A stretch of DNA of 64,000 bases from the IMG/VR virus record IMGVR_UViG_3300033463_000098. One strand, given 5' to 3'. Below are positions 48,589 through 62,400 of the stretch, piece after piece (within the stretch, counting starts at the first letter, position 1; every line of letters starts with the position of its first letter). The position numbers and the translations under genes are program-made. The notes under the pieces were generated by a model that worked only from the letters and a program-made list of their open reading frames with translations, ran no database searches and had not been told where the DNA came from. This DNA comes from an uncultured virus (IMG/VR IMGVR_UViG_3300033463_000098) (lineage: Duplodnaviria > Heunggongvirae > Uroviricota > Caudoviricetes).

Positions 48589-49542
48589 ATGGCTGTTAAT
48601 ATTTTTGATAAGTATGGTATTAAGGAAGTTGCCAACGTTTATTTTGAGGCCCTAGAAGATGACCCTAAGTCTAATGTTTATAAGGGTGACATCGTTCTAT
48701 TCCTAGATACCCTAAAAACTTCTACAATTGAGACATCTGCTGAGACTACTGATGCTACTGGTGGTTGGGGCAATCCTAAGCTAATTTCTTGGGACTATGG
48801 TAAGGAAATTACCTTAACCCTAACTGATGCTCTAATTTCTCTAGAGTCTCTACGTTTCATGATGGGCGGCGCTATTCATAAGCCTGCCGCTGCTGAAACA
48901 GTTATCGTTCGTCATACTGAAGAAGTTGTTGTAACTTCTGATGCTGGCGTTGTACCACTACCAAAGGATCATATTACTGGTAATACTTATTCTGCTATTA
49001 CTGCTAGCGCTGATCATCCAATTCGTCTAATTAATATGACAACTGGTGTTCGTACACAGCTAACTAGTGGTTCTTTTGATGGCACTGCTGTTATCAATTT
49101 TAAGAATAAGGCTATGACTGGTTCTGATTCTACTATTGCTTCTGCTAAGGGCGATCATATTCGTATTTTCTGGGAAGAAGTTGTAACTGGCGACGCTAAT
49201 GCTGATGCCGCTGTTGAAGTAACAATTTCTCCTGAAACCTTCCCTGGTACTTATCGTGTAGTTGGTGATACCTTCATGCGTTCACAGGCTACTGGTAAGG
49301 ATGAAGCTTTCCAGTTTATTATTGGTAAGGCAAAGGTACAGTCTAGTGTTACTCTAACTCTAGAAGCTGAAGGCGATCCTTCTACCTTTGAGATGACTCT
49401 ACAGGTACTACGTGCTGATAACGAGCGCGGCGATAAGGAAATGATGAAGCTAATTCGTTACGGTGGTGCAGCTGCTGATAGCACTAGCACTGGTAATGAT
49501 ATTGGTTCTATCGGTGAGGCCGTATCATCTGGTAATCTATAA
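48589..49542 (+). CDS. major tail (tube) protein
   Basis: LDTLKTSTIE, GGWGNPKLISWD, FPGTY, LTLEAEGDPSTF; biased codons; terminator after. Confidence 0.72.
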   Translation: MAVNIFDKYGIKEVANVYFEALEDDPKSNVYKGDIVLFLDTLKTSTIETSAETTDATGGWGNPKLISWDYGKEITLTLTDALISLESLRFMMGGAIHKPAAAETVIVRHTEEVVVTSDAGVVPLPKDHITGNTYSAITASADHPIRLINMTTGVRTQLTSGSFDGTAVINFKNKAMTGSDSTIASAKGDHIRIFWEEVVTGDANADAAVEVTISPETFPGTYRVVGDTFMRSQATGKDEAFQFIIGKAKVQSSVTLTLEAEGDPSTFEMTLQVLRADNERGDKEMMKLIRYGGAAADSTSTGNDIGSIGEAVSSGNL

Positions 49543-49553
49543 TTAAAAATTTT

Positions 49554-49584
49554 AAACTGGGGCTGAAAAGCCCCAGTTTTTTTT
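49554..49584 (+). terminator. Rho-independent terminator
   Basis: AAACTGGGGCT-gaaa-AGCCCCAGTTT followed by a T run. Confidence 0.8.
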
Positions 49585-49596
49585 AAGGTGAACTAA

Positions 49597-50439
49597 ATGA
49601 TAGATCAATATTTTGGTATTAAAGAACTTTATGAGGTCGTTTTAAAAGCCAAAACTCCAATGATATTTGGTTCTAGAAAATTAGAAGCAGGAGAACCTGT
49701 TTTATATTTTGAAAATGTGAATATGTCTATGTTATCTGAAAAACGTACTCCAATCATGGCGCGCGGAGGTTGGTCCAATATGCCGCGTGTTATTTGGGAG
49801 GACAGTTCAGAAATAAGATTTTCATTATCTGAGGGCGTAATGTCGTCTATTGGTATGTCAATTCTTTTTAGTTCGTCTATGACTGAATTAAAGGAGAATG
49901 AAACAATTTTGGTGCAAAAACGCGAAGGTCCATTTGATTTAGATAGTGATCATGGATTTTTTATCAAGTACATGCCTGATTTAAGTAAAAAGGCTTTTAT
50001 TTTTGAATATGATAAAGATGTTGCTCAAAAGAAAGTATATGGAAAACTAAAAGAAAAAAGCGGTTTTCCTTTTATTGAGGTTTATGAAGATAAGGAATTA
50101 AGTATATTAGGGGATATAACAAAACAATATATAATAGATTATTATTATAAATATAATGATGCCGCGTTAATTTACTTAATTCAAAAGGAACGATTTAATG
50201 GATTATTCACTCTTGAGGGTAAGTTTTACTCTAAGGATGAAAATGATGGCTTAAATTATACTAATTTAATTTATATGCCAAAAGTAAGAGTCGTGAGTGA
50301 TATTAACTTACGCTTGGGAGAAAGGGCTGATCCAACTACGTCCGTTTTTAATATAATTGGCTTGCCTGAACAAACGGGCGAAAGTAAAAATTTGATAGTG
50401 AAAATAACTAGATTAGATCAAGATATTGACGCTTTATAA
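49597..50439 (+). CDS. tail-tube-like paralog
   Basis: FGIKELYEV / RGGWSNMPRVIWE parallel YGIKEVANV / TGGWGNPKLISWD of 48589. Confidence 0.6.
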   Translation: MIDQYFGIKELYEVVLKAKTPMIFGSRKLEAGEPVLYFENVNMSMLSEKRTPIMARGGWSNMPRVIWEDSSEIRFSLSEGVMSSIGMSILFSSSMTELKENETILVQKREGPFDLDSDHGFFIKYMPDLSKKAFIFEYDKDVAQKKVYGKLKEKSGFPFIEVYEDKELSILGDITKQYIIDYYYKYNDAALIYLIQKERFNGLFTLEGKFYSKDENDGLNYTNLIYMPKVRVVSDINLRLGERADPTTSVFNIIGLPEQTGESKNLIVKITRLDQDIDAL

Positions 50440-50477
50440 CCCACTTCCTGTGTAAGGGAAGTGGGTTTATTTTTTTT
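50439..50477 (+). terminator. Rho-independent terminator
   Basis: ACCCACTTCC...GGAAGTGGGT then T tract. Confidence 0.7.
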
Positions 50478-50499
50478 CGTGAAAAAGGGGTGAGAAATA

Positions 50500-53400
50500 A
50501 TGGGAGCACAGGGAGCACAAGTTGTTGTTGATGTTGGCGTACAACTTAAAGTATTACAGTCATCTATTGCAGAGTTACAAAAATCTTTAAGCGGTATTAG
50601 TGTAGATAGTAGTACATTTAAAAAAGCTGCGGCGGAAATTGAAAAGATGACTAAAGCTATGCAATCTTTTCAATCACAAACATCTAAAGCTTTTACTTCT
50701 CAACAACAATTTAATAAAGCTGAAAGTTCTTTAGATAAAATTGAAGAATCATTAATTAAAGTACAACAAATTATATCTAATGTAAAATTTTCTGAATTAA
50801 AACTAGATTCTTCTCAATTAGAAATTTTTAAACAATTAAAAACAGAGTTAGAACAGGCTGAAGCTGCTTATACTAATTTTCAAAATGCATTAAAGCAACA
50901 AGCTATTGCAAATTTTGATTTAAAAAGTTTGGGTATAAATGCTTCTGAAGTTAAAGGTTCATTAGATGAAATAAAAAGTGTTGTAGAAAGTCATATTACT
51001 GTTGTAAAAAATAGTATTACTAGCTTAAATAGTGATATAGAAGCATTAAAAACAAAACTTGAAAATTTAAAATCTTTAAATGAGTCTTTAACTAATAAAA
51101 CCAATTCAACCGGTATACCAGAACAATATAATAAATTTTTAAAGAAAAATAGTAAAACTGGTGAATATGATGGTTTTAAGGGTGGAAAAGTTAGTGGCAG
51201 ACAACAATTTATTGATCAAGTTATTAATGATTATCAATTAGGTAAAGAAGACATTGAAAAATTAAAAACTTTAACATTTAATCAAATTAAGCAAATGTTT
51301 CAAGAAATTGCTAACAGCGCGGGAGAAGCTGTACCAAACAATATGCTTTCAGGCGCGGCTGATAGAGTAAATGAAGAAATTGATAAGGTTAAAGATAAAA
51401 TTTCTACTGCGGAAACTACTGCTGAAGGATTAAGTGATTTAAAAGTTAACATAGAAGCTACAATGAATGATGAGGGTGCTACAGAAAAGTTACAAGAATT
51501 AGGTAATGAAGCACAAAATGCTGGTGATAAAGTTAAATCTTTTGAAACTAATGCGCAAAGTGCCGCAGCAGCCCCTCAAGCATTAACTTCATCTTCTAGT
51601 ACACTTACTTCTGCTTTGCAAGGTTTAGTAGATCAATTAAATCAATCTAATGTTGCCTTTACCCAAATGCAACAAAAAGTTCAAACTTTACAAGGTATAA
51701 AACAAGCAATTGTTAATTTTACTGGATTTCATAGTATTTTAAATTTAGTAAAATCTGCAATTAAAGAAGCGGCTTCAACTATTAAAGAACTTGATAGTAC
51801 AATGAACGCAATTTCTATTGTTACTAATATGTCTACTAGTGACTTGTGGAAACAGGCGGATGCTTATAGTCAAATGGCACAGAACTATGGCGTAAGTATT
51901 AGTGGCGCATATCAAGTTTCTAAAATTTACTATCAGCAAGGTTTGCAGACTAATGAAGTATTAACCTTAACTAATGAAACTTTGAAATTATGTAAAGTTT
52001 CTGGATTAGATTATGCTACTTCTACCGACTATATGACAACTGCGTTACGTGGTTTCAAGATGGAAATGTCAGAAGCCTCAACTGTCGTTGACGTTTATTC
52101 ATCTTTGGCATCTACAACAGCGGTTTCACAAGGTGAGTTAGCTGAAGCTATGTCTAAGACTGCTTCATCTTTGGAATCTGTTGGAACTTCATTCCAAGAA
52201 GCATCTTCAATGATTGCTACAATGGTAGCTGTTACTCGTGAATCTGCTACTAATATTGGTACTGCGTTGAAATCTATTGCTTCTCGTTATGGTGAATTAA
52301 CTAAGAGTACTGATGAATTAACTACTGATGCTGATGGACAGGTTGTAAGTTTTAACAAGGTTGATAAAGCATTGCAATCCGTTGGTATTACAATTCAAAC
52401 TACTGATGGGCAATTTAGAAGTTTTACTGATGTAATTACTGAATTGTCTGGTAAATGGGACCAATTATCATCTACACAACAGCGTTATATTGCTACACAG
52501 ATGGCTGGTAATAGACAACAGTCTCGTTTCTTAGCATTAGTTAGTAATGGGCAAATGTTACAGCAGAATTTAAATACTGCTAATAATAGTGAAGGTATTG
52601 GTACTGCACAAGCGTTAAAAGCTATGGACTCTTTAGAGAGTAAATTAGCACAACTTAAAACTGCGTATCAACAGTTTTATGTTACTATGGGCGCTGAAAA
52701 TGTTTGGAAAGCAGCGGTTAGCGGTTTAACTAGTTTTACTAATAGTTTAAATGCTTTACCTAAATTATTTGGAACAATTCCAGTAACTGCGATTACTATA
52801 ATTTATAATGGCGCTACTTTAGTTTCATCATTACTATTAAAATTGGTTTCAAAATTGGGCGCGACTTTAGGCTCTTCTATTAAAACAGAAATGAGTAGAA
52901 TAGGTGGAGAGACAAAAGAAGAGGTTAAAGCACAAACTGAACAAATAGTTCAAGAAGTACAAAACACTATAACTAATAAGGTTGATTTAAGTACTATTTT
53001 TAATACAGATTCTATTAGTGCTAATGAAATATCTTCTAAATTAACAGAAATAGTTAGCGGATTAAATTTTGAATTTAATCCTGATGGCACCGTTAAAACT
53101 GATAATTTTAAAGTTGATATTGATGCAGTTAAAAATGAAATACAAACTAAATTAGGAGAAGCAGTAAATACAGATGCTTTGAATAAAGCATTTGAAACTA
53201 TACAAGATCCTCAAGGTTTAGTAAATTTTTTTCAATCATTAGGAGTAGTTATTCCTGGAGCGACGCAAGCAGTTAATAGTTTCTCAGATAAATTATTAGC
53301 TGCAGAAGGAACTATTAGTGGAGTAGGTAAAGCTTTACAAATTTTAAGTCAATTATTTAATGACGGTACAAGAACTGGACAAATATTATCTTCTGCTGTA

Positions 53401-56400
53401 TTAGGTGTTGGTGCAGCTTTAGCTGGTCTTATACCGATTTTAAAAGTCCTAAAAGGACAAGCAACGACTAATGTTTATATAGCTGCGGCAACAGCTATTT
53501 TAACAGTAATTACTTCTATATCTTCTATAATTGATGCTGTTGAAAATAAAACAAAATATTTAGAAAAAGAAGCAGAACAATTAAAGAATACAATGACCCA
53601 AATTAAAGCGGATGAAAAAACTTTACAATCTGGGTATGAAAAATATAAGCAATTAGAAGCTGCACGTTATGAAAGTGCAGAAGCTGCTCAAGAGTATCAA
53701 ACTCAAGTTGATAATTTAGCCGATAGTTTCCCTGAATTAGTGAGCGGTTTTGATAGCGCTGGTAATGCAATTATTACATTAGAAAATTTAGAGGACGCTT
53801 TAAAAACAGCAAGAGAAAAAACTGCACAAGCAACAGTTGATGCTTTAGAAAAAGAGAATGAGTTATTGCAATCTCGTTTAAATGACGCTAAAAAGAATGC
53901 TAAAAATACTAATAATTCAGTTTCTGGGGATGTAAAGCAAAGTATTAATTCTAACCTTCCAACATTTTATGATACAAATACTGGTTCTGTATATGATGCG
54001 ACTGATGGAATTTATAGTTATCTTTATAATGTATTTTTTGCTATTGATTCTAGTTTAGTAGAAGAATCAAATTCATTAGAAGATTTAAAAGAACAGATTT
54101 TAGCGTTAGATCCTAATGATTATAACGATAGCGAGAGAGAACTAATACAAAAAGTACAGGACTATTTAAATTCTCCAGCTTCTATAGTAGAGAATTTTAT
54201 GAATAATTTTAATTCTTATGATTTTACTACTACAGAAGGCCAAGAAGCTTTTAATAAATTTGTTACAGCGTGGCATAGTGCAGATGAGTCTATTACTAAT
54301 TTAAGAGAAACGTTAAGCGATGATGCAGTAGAGGCTATTGAAAGTTTAATTACTGAAGTTGATACTATAATTTCTTCAGATAATAAATTAAGTCAATCTG
54401 GTGGGACATTATCATCTGCTTATTTACAATTAAAGTTTGCTTATAATAATATGTATACTTGGATCGGTGAGCAAGCTAATAATGCTTTAATGCTATCTAA
54501 TTATATTAATCAATCATTTGAAAATCAAAAAGAATATAAAACATTAAAAGATTATTATGAAAACGCTGCTGACCAAGCTGTTAAAGAATTTAATGAAGCT
54601 TTTACTGGTTTAAGTCAAGAAACTCAAGAATGGTTAAATTCTATAGATTCTACTAAATATACTGCTGAACAAATAAAACAAATTCTTGTAAATAAGGGAG
54701 AATTTAAACGAACAGAAGATATACCTGATATTTTAAGTAATGCAATAGATGCTACATATTCTACTGGTGAAGAGGCGTTTAATAGAGTAAAAACTAATTT
54801 TGAATCTGCAACTAAAGCGATTAATAATTTAAAAATAGATAATAAAAAAAATACTGGATTAGATGGTGCTATTAAAGCATTTAATACATATAAAACTGCT
54901 GTAGTGGATATGTTTGATGATGATAAATATACAAATTTATCAGGTGAAGCAGCTAATTTTATTAATACACAATCAGATCAAATAAAAAAATTAATTAGTC
55001 AAGGAATGTATACTCAAGCAGAAAATTTATCTAGTTTAATGACTCAATTAGTTAATTTAATATTTAATAGTAATCTTGATTTAGATTCTCAAACTGAATT
55101 AGTTAATATTTTAAAGACTGCAAATTTAAATACAATAGAAGGAATAAATGCTGCGATAAAGGCTATTAAAGCTTCAGATAAAATAGATCAATCAGCTGTA
55201 AATGATTTAATAACTGAATTAGAAACGCGAATGAAAAATATTCAAGAAAATGTTATTATATCATATGAAGCATCTTTAGATAATGTATTATCAATCATTG
55301 AAACTGATGAAAAAGTGGTTTCTAAAATAACTTCTGGTATGTCTATGTCAGAAGTACAAACTTTAATTGCTAAAGCTAATTCTTTAGGGTTAACTGATTG
55401 GAATATTGGTGATGAAATAGTACAACAGGGCGATAAATTTATAGTTACTGCTGAAAATGTTAAAACTTTTTTTGCTGAGTATAAAGCATCAATAAGTAAA
55501 AATTTAGATGATGCTAATACCGCTTATACTAATTTATATAATGATTTAAATAATATAGGATTAAGTGATCTTGATTTAAGTAGTATATCTACAACCGCAG
55601 AAAAATTATATAATTTATATAATGCGGGCAATACGAAAGTAAAAGAATTATTTGAACGTTACGGAATAGAAATTCAACACGATGGCACTGATATAGCAAC
55701 AATAGAAACAACTTTAAAACAAGTAAAAGAAGCTAAATCTAATGCTGAAGCCGCGCTTAATAGTGCAGTTGATGTTATGACACAAACTGCTCTTTGGGCA
55801 TTAGGTGAATATTCTGATGTTTGGCATAATGCAGAAGGTAAATTTGATTATAAAGGAATGGATATAGCTTTAACTAGCTCTATTGATGAATTAGATGTTA
55901 CTACTAGAGCAGCAGTTAAAAAAATTCAATCTGGGCTTAGTACTTTATTATCTGATTATATTTCTAAAATGGGCCAAATTGATTGGAGTGATTATGAAAA
56001 TAGCGGTATTGAGTCTAATTTATTAGCTGAAATGAAGCAAAGAGCACAGGATTCAAATACTAGTTTTGAAGAATTTATTAATACATATGTCGTTTTAACT
56101 GGTAAAACTGAATCTGAAATCAATTCTATGTTGATATCTGCGCGAGATATACAAAATAAAGCTTCAATTGTTGACGCTTTAAAGAGTATAATAACTTCTT
56201 ATGATAATTTTACATATGAAGTTGCGGCAAAATATGCTTCTGCTATTGGTATTACAGTTACTGATTTATTAAATAATGCAAATAAATATGGAATTTCAGA
56301 TAATGGTTTAGGTGGCTATCAATTTGATTATGATAAATTATTAGCAACAGTTAGAGAAAATGCCTCTAATATGTTACAAAGTGAATATAATGAAATGATA

Positions 56401-59400
56401 AGCCAATTAAATGCCGCTAAGCAAAAAGCTTCTGCTAAACAAAGTAATGCTATTTCTACTATTATTGCTAATAGAAATAAATTAACTGACGAAAATATTC
56501 TTGCTTTAGCTAATAGTTTAGAAACAAATTATGATGCTATATTTAATGAATTAAATCTTACTTTGAATTCTGATGGTACTAGCTATTCAGTAGATTTAAG
56601 TAGCTTACAAACTTTAATTAAAAATCATAAAATTGAAGTTACTGATGAGATTGAAGAAATTATCGCGGTTTTAATTGATAATAGTTTTAGTTCTATTTCT
56701 AATTTAATTTCTAATCAGTCAAAAGGCATAACAAGTCTTGAGACTATGCAGAAAACGGTTAATGAGATTAATAAGTTATTAGGTGAAAACGCTAATTATG
56801 ATATTTCTGATTTATATAGTTATAATGCAGAATTAAAAGCATATCAATTAAATCATAAAGGTTTTATGGCTTCACTTGCAGCGATGAAAGTTCAATTAGA
56901 TGCTGCGGATGCATCTGAGAAAAAAATTATTCAACAAAATATAAATTCTCAATTACAATCATTGGCTGAAAATATTGATATTAGTGGTTATATTAATGCT
57001 ATTGGCACATTAGATTATTCTAAAATTTATTCTAATTTTACTAAATCTATTGATAATTATAACACGGCTGTTGAACAATTAGAAGGAAATACAGAATTAG
57101 CAGTTTATGAAATAGCTAATGCTTTATATCTTGGTGGTGCAAATGCTGTTAAGGCGGCAGAAGCTGTTGCCGCGGCACAAGGCAAAACTCTAACTTCAGA
57201 TGAAATTTCTACTATATATAAGAGTGCTGTAACTCGTTTAAATATTACTGTAGAACAAGTAGCATCTTCTACTGGTTCTATTATAGATAAAGCTGCAGCA
57301 GATATTATTAATGCACATGGTGGAAAGGCTACAGAAATTGGAAATAGCGGTCAATATTTAGTTGAAGCTGTTAGCAATTTGTATTTTGCTTATGCTGATT
57401 TATTACAACAAATGCGTGAAACCGCGGGTGCAACAACTGCTGAAATAAATGCTATTGCTGCTAAAATGTTAAGTAGTAATATGACTGGAACTGGTCAATT
57501 CGCAACAACAGAACAGAATGTTATTAATGCTTTAAGTAATGCTGCGAATATGACTTATGCGCAGTTTGGAGAATTACTCGCAAATGCTGGCGTAGAGCTT
57601 TCACAACGATTGGTTGATCAATTATCTGAAGCAAATGTAATTAAACAACTAGGCGGAGAAAAAATGGCTATTCTTGATTTTTCTGCTTTAGCTAAAATTT
57701 TTGATTGGGATTTAAATTCTGATGAGTATATTTCTGCATTTAAAACTTATAATGATTCTTTAATTGGGTTAAATAGAAAAGCAGAAAACGCTATTGTTAG
57801 TGAAATTAATAGTTTAAGTAGTGCTAAGGGTGGCGACTGGTTAAATATTACTCAATTATGGAGTACTTTACAAAGTAAATTAGAAAATCAAGTTTTAAAT
57901 ATTATTGATGCTGCGGGCGCTCCAATTCAATTAACAGCCTTTGATTTATTAAAATCAAAATTAGAAGAATATGGCGCTACATTAGATGATGGTATTTTAA
58001 AATTAGATTCTGATGCTAATATCGCTGGTGCAATAACCACCTTAACTAATTATGCACAAGAATATGGTGATTTATTACAATCTGATGTTGCTTCATTAGC
58101 AGATACATTAGATAATGTGTTGAAATCATTTGCTTCTTCTATTGAAACCGCACTTTCTGGTTCTTTAACAAAGAGTGGAGCGGTTGATTTAACTAATATG
58201 GTTAAATCACTTGGATTAGATAATGTTCAACTTAATTTTACTGAAACAGCGAATGGATTAAAATTAAGCTATCAATCTGCTGCGCAGCTTTGTATTGAAT
58301 TAAAAAAATCAAATAACGAAGCTGGTAAATTAGTATTTGATAAAGTTTATGCTTCTTTGACTTCTGCTAGTGAAGAATTTTCTACTATACAACAGACTTC
58401 AATGAAGATAAAAGATACTCAAAATCAAATAGAAGCAATAGAACGTCAAATTAATGAAAGTTTATCTAAGCAAGATGGATATGATGCAGAACGAGTTGCT
58501 AATTTACAGAAACAAAAATCTAGTTTACAAGATCAATTATCATTATATGATCAAATTAAGAAAAAGCAATCTGCTAGTGCCGATTCTTATAATTTTATGA
58601 ATAACAAAACTCCAAGTTATTTAGATGGAGTAACAAATTATTGGAATTCTGTTGGAACAGCATTTAATTCTATGAATACTGCTGCTTCATCTGGGAAAAT
58701 GAGTATTCAAGATTTCCAGAATATTATTAATGAAATGAATTCTTTAGCTGCTTCTACTGGAAAAGAATTAAAATTTATGGGACAAACTTTAAGTGGAAGT
58801 TCTGAAGATGCTGCGAATTTAATTAATACTGGTTTAAAATATCTTGAAAATGTAGATGGAAAAGGAGTACAAATTAATTTATCTAAATTAGGTACTGAAT
58901 TAAAGGTTGGTACTAGTAATATGCAAAGCGGCTTTAAAGAAGGAGTTCAAGCTATGGCAAAAAGTCAAGTTGAATTACTTGATGCCGCGATTCAATTACT
59001 TGAAGTTGTCGTACAAATGGAAGCTTTAGGTGATATTGATGTAGATAATGATAATACACTTGATTTAAATGAAATATTTAATGTTGAGTATGATGGAACA
59101 GATGAAAATGGTAATAAATTAACAGCATTTAATGAAAATTATACCAAGTGGGCCGAACAAGTAATGGAAGCTTCAAAGACTAATACAGACCTTGAAGCTG
59201 GTTTAAAAAGTATTTCTATTAATGGCCATACTATGGAGGAGTACATTGATGCTGCGACAGGCTCTATTGAAGAACAATCAAAAAAATTTGAAAAATTAAA
59301 TATTTCTGAACAAGAATATGCAGCTGTAATGCAGGCTTTTTATGAAGCGGTACAAAATGGCGATTATAATTTAGAAAATATTTCTGCGTCTGTTTGGGAA

Positions 59401-62400
59401 ACTTTTGAAAAAATTATGCCTGATGGTACTACTATTAAAACACCAAGTCGTACTATTGTTATTTCTGGGCAAACTCACTGGTCTATTGATTGGACTTCAG
59501 AGAATACTCAGAATTTAGTTAGCTATGTTGAAAAAACTCTTAAAACTGATGAAGCTGGTGCAAAAGAAGCTATTACTCAAGCAGTAGAAAGGACTGAAAA
59601 GGGTGAAGCAAAGGATATTACTGATGTACTTTATACTTTATCAGTAAGAGAAAATACTAAAATTAAAATTAATAAAGATGGTACAATTACTATTGGAGAC
59701 AAAACTTATAAACAAGGTACTGTTGATTATATAGAAGCTATTCAAAAAGAGGCTTTGCGTCAAGCGGGAATATCAGAAAAAAATATTAAAAGTAGTACTA
59801 CAAAAGGAAATGATAAGGGAGAAGTTATTGAAGCTGGTCAAATGACAGCTACTCTTAATTATGGAAAAGGGACTATATATGTTACTGCTGATGACAAAGG
59901 AAATTTAAAATATTATTCTGATGGCGGTACAGCTTATAATTCACCAAGTGCAGCAGCAGAGGCTACTGTTAAAGAAATTATTGAACATAAATATGGTAAT
60001 AGTTATAATGGTTTTAGTAAAGAAAAACAACAAGAAATATATAACACCGAATATTATGCTAGATGGAAAATTGCACCTAAAATTGAAACAGAAGTAACAG
60101 ATGCTAGTGGTGCAGGAATTAATTCTAGTAATGTTGCATCCGTGCGAGCATCAGCTGAAAAAATCGCTAATGCTTCTATAGAAGAAGTACAAGGATGGGT
60201 TGATGAAGCATTAAAAACTGGTGGAGATAATGGAGATGGCACTGTAACTATTACCGTTGATAATTTTTCTAAAACAGTTAGTGTTGAAAATGCTGCAAGT
60301 GAATTTTCTAGTGCAGCAAATGAAATAGCTGGACAAATTGATACTTCTTTAATTGGTAATATTCAAACAGCAATAGAAAACGCTTTTGCCGCGGATTCTT
60401 TTATAAACGCTATATCAACTGCAATGACGACTGGTATTACTCAAGCTTTTACTGCGGGAGAAGAGGGAACATCGTTTTCTGTCCCTGATTTAACTCTTAC
60501 TCCAACTTCTTTAACAGTTGATACTACAGATATTACTCCTAAATTAGATGCAGCTTCTGAAACTCCAACTATTGAAATAAGTACATTAACATTAAAACCA
60601 ACTGGTGACATTACAGTTGATATGACTGATAAAACACCAAAATTGGGTGATTCAGAAACTCAAACTGTTGATATTCCTACAGTGACTTTAAATGTTACTG
60701 GCGACGTTACTATTAATACTGGCACTAATGTACCAACGCTAGATAAAACTGAATTTACCATTCCTACAGCGATTAAAGCAGTTGCTTCAATTTTAAATTT
60801 AGATTTAGAAACAGCATCAAGTACAGTTATTAATAAAACTATACAAGAATTACCAGCAGATCAAAAATTAGAATTAGCTAAGGCTTTAGTAACAATTATA
60901 TCATTATCTCTTGATACTACAAATTCTACTTTAGATCCTAAATCTAAATCAATGGAAGGATTACCAAATGATCAGCAATTAGAAGCTAAAGAAGCTGTTG
61001 CGTTAATTAAAAAGATTAATCCTGATACGGTTGAGGCAGTGTTTGGTAATTTAACTTATACAATTCCAGAAGAAAATAAAACATTTAAAGTTTCTGATAT
61101 ATTTACAGCTTTAATTCAAACAATTAATGCTGAAACTATTAGTGGTGAAGGCGGAACTAATATTACTTTACCAGAATCCATAGATGTAGGTGGTAAAACA
61201 ATTCCAATCGCGCAAGCGTTGGCAATTATTCAGTCTGTTTCTGCGCAATTAGGCCAAGGTGTAGTGCCTGATTATAGTAGCGTCATACCAGAGGGCGATA
61301 TTGAAATTCATAAAAACATTGTTATTGTTGCTGATAATGTTAGTTTAGATGCTTCTAATGGCGGTAGTGTTGATTTGGGTACAATGAATGATAAATTAAT
61401 TGCACAAGCAAATCAAGCAGGAATTACTGCGGATAAAGTTAATACTTTAAATGAAAAATATAATGCTTTAGCTGATGCTATGGTTAATGTAGAAAAAACC
61501 GGTGGGAGTGAAGAATCATTAGAAAGTTTAACTTCCGCGGTTACAGAATATGGGACAGCTTTAGATAATATAAAAGATTCAGTAACTAATTTTGATATGG
61601 CTGATGATGTTGCAAGCTCTGTTGAGTCTACAAAGACTGCGATAGCGTCAACTGTAGAAGCATTAGGTGGTTCAATTCCAGAAGGATTTGCTACTGCTGT
61701 AGAAGCTGGAAAAGGCGAAATTGATACAGCAGTTTCTACTGCGGTACAAGATGTACCACAAGATATTAACGATGTTGTTGATATGAATTCACCATCTCAT
61801 ATGGCACAAGAATATGGCGAATCAATTCCAGAAGGTTTTGTATTAGGAGTTAATAATAAAGCCGGTGAAGTTGATACTGCGATTACTAATATGGTGTCTA
61901 ATATACCAACTGAAATTAATACTGTTATTAATTCTACTAATTGGAGTGGAATGGGGTCGCAAGTTAGTTCAGATTTAGCGTCTGGATTATCAAGTAACCA
62001 AGTATCTGTAGCATCCGCGGCAAAATCATTAGTGTCTGCGGTTACAGATAATTTAGATTTTTCTACTGTATCCACTTCAATTGGTAATGTAGATATCAAG
62101 TCAATAGATAAAGCAACATACGATAAGACTTTAGTCGTAGAAGATATTAAAGAGGGTAAAGCAAATATTAGTAATTTAACTGTTGGCGCAAATGCGGTAA
62201 CAGCTAATAAAACCTTATCTTCTTTACAGAATATGAATTTTTCATCTACATCTTCTTCTTTAAGTGGTGTGCAGGGCAGCTTAGATAAAATTAGTGGCGC
62301 ATCTTTTGGCAACTTTGATAGTTTAAAAGATAAACTTACTACCGCGACTACACAAGCGCAGAGTTTGTGGGATGTTGTGCAAAAATTTGCTAATCAAACA

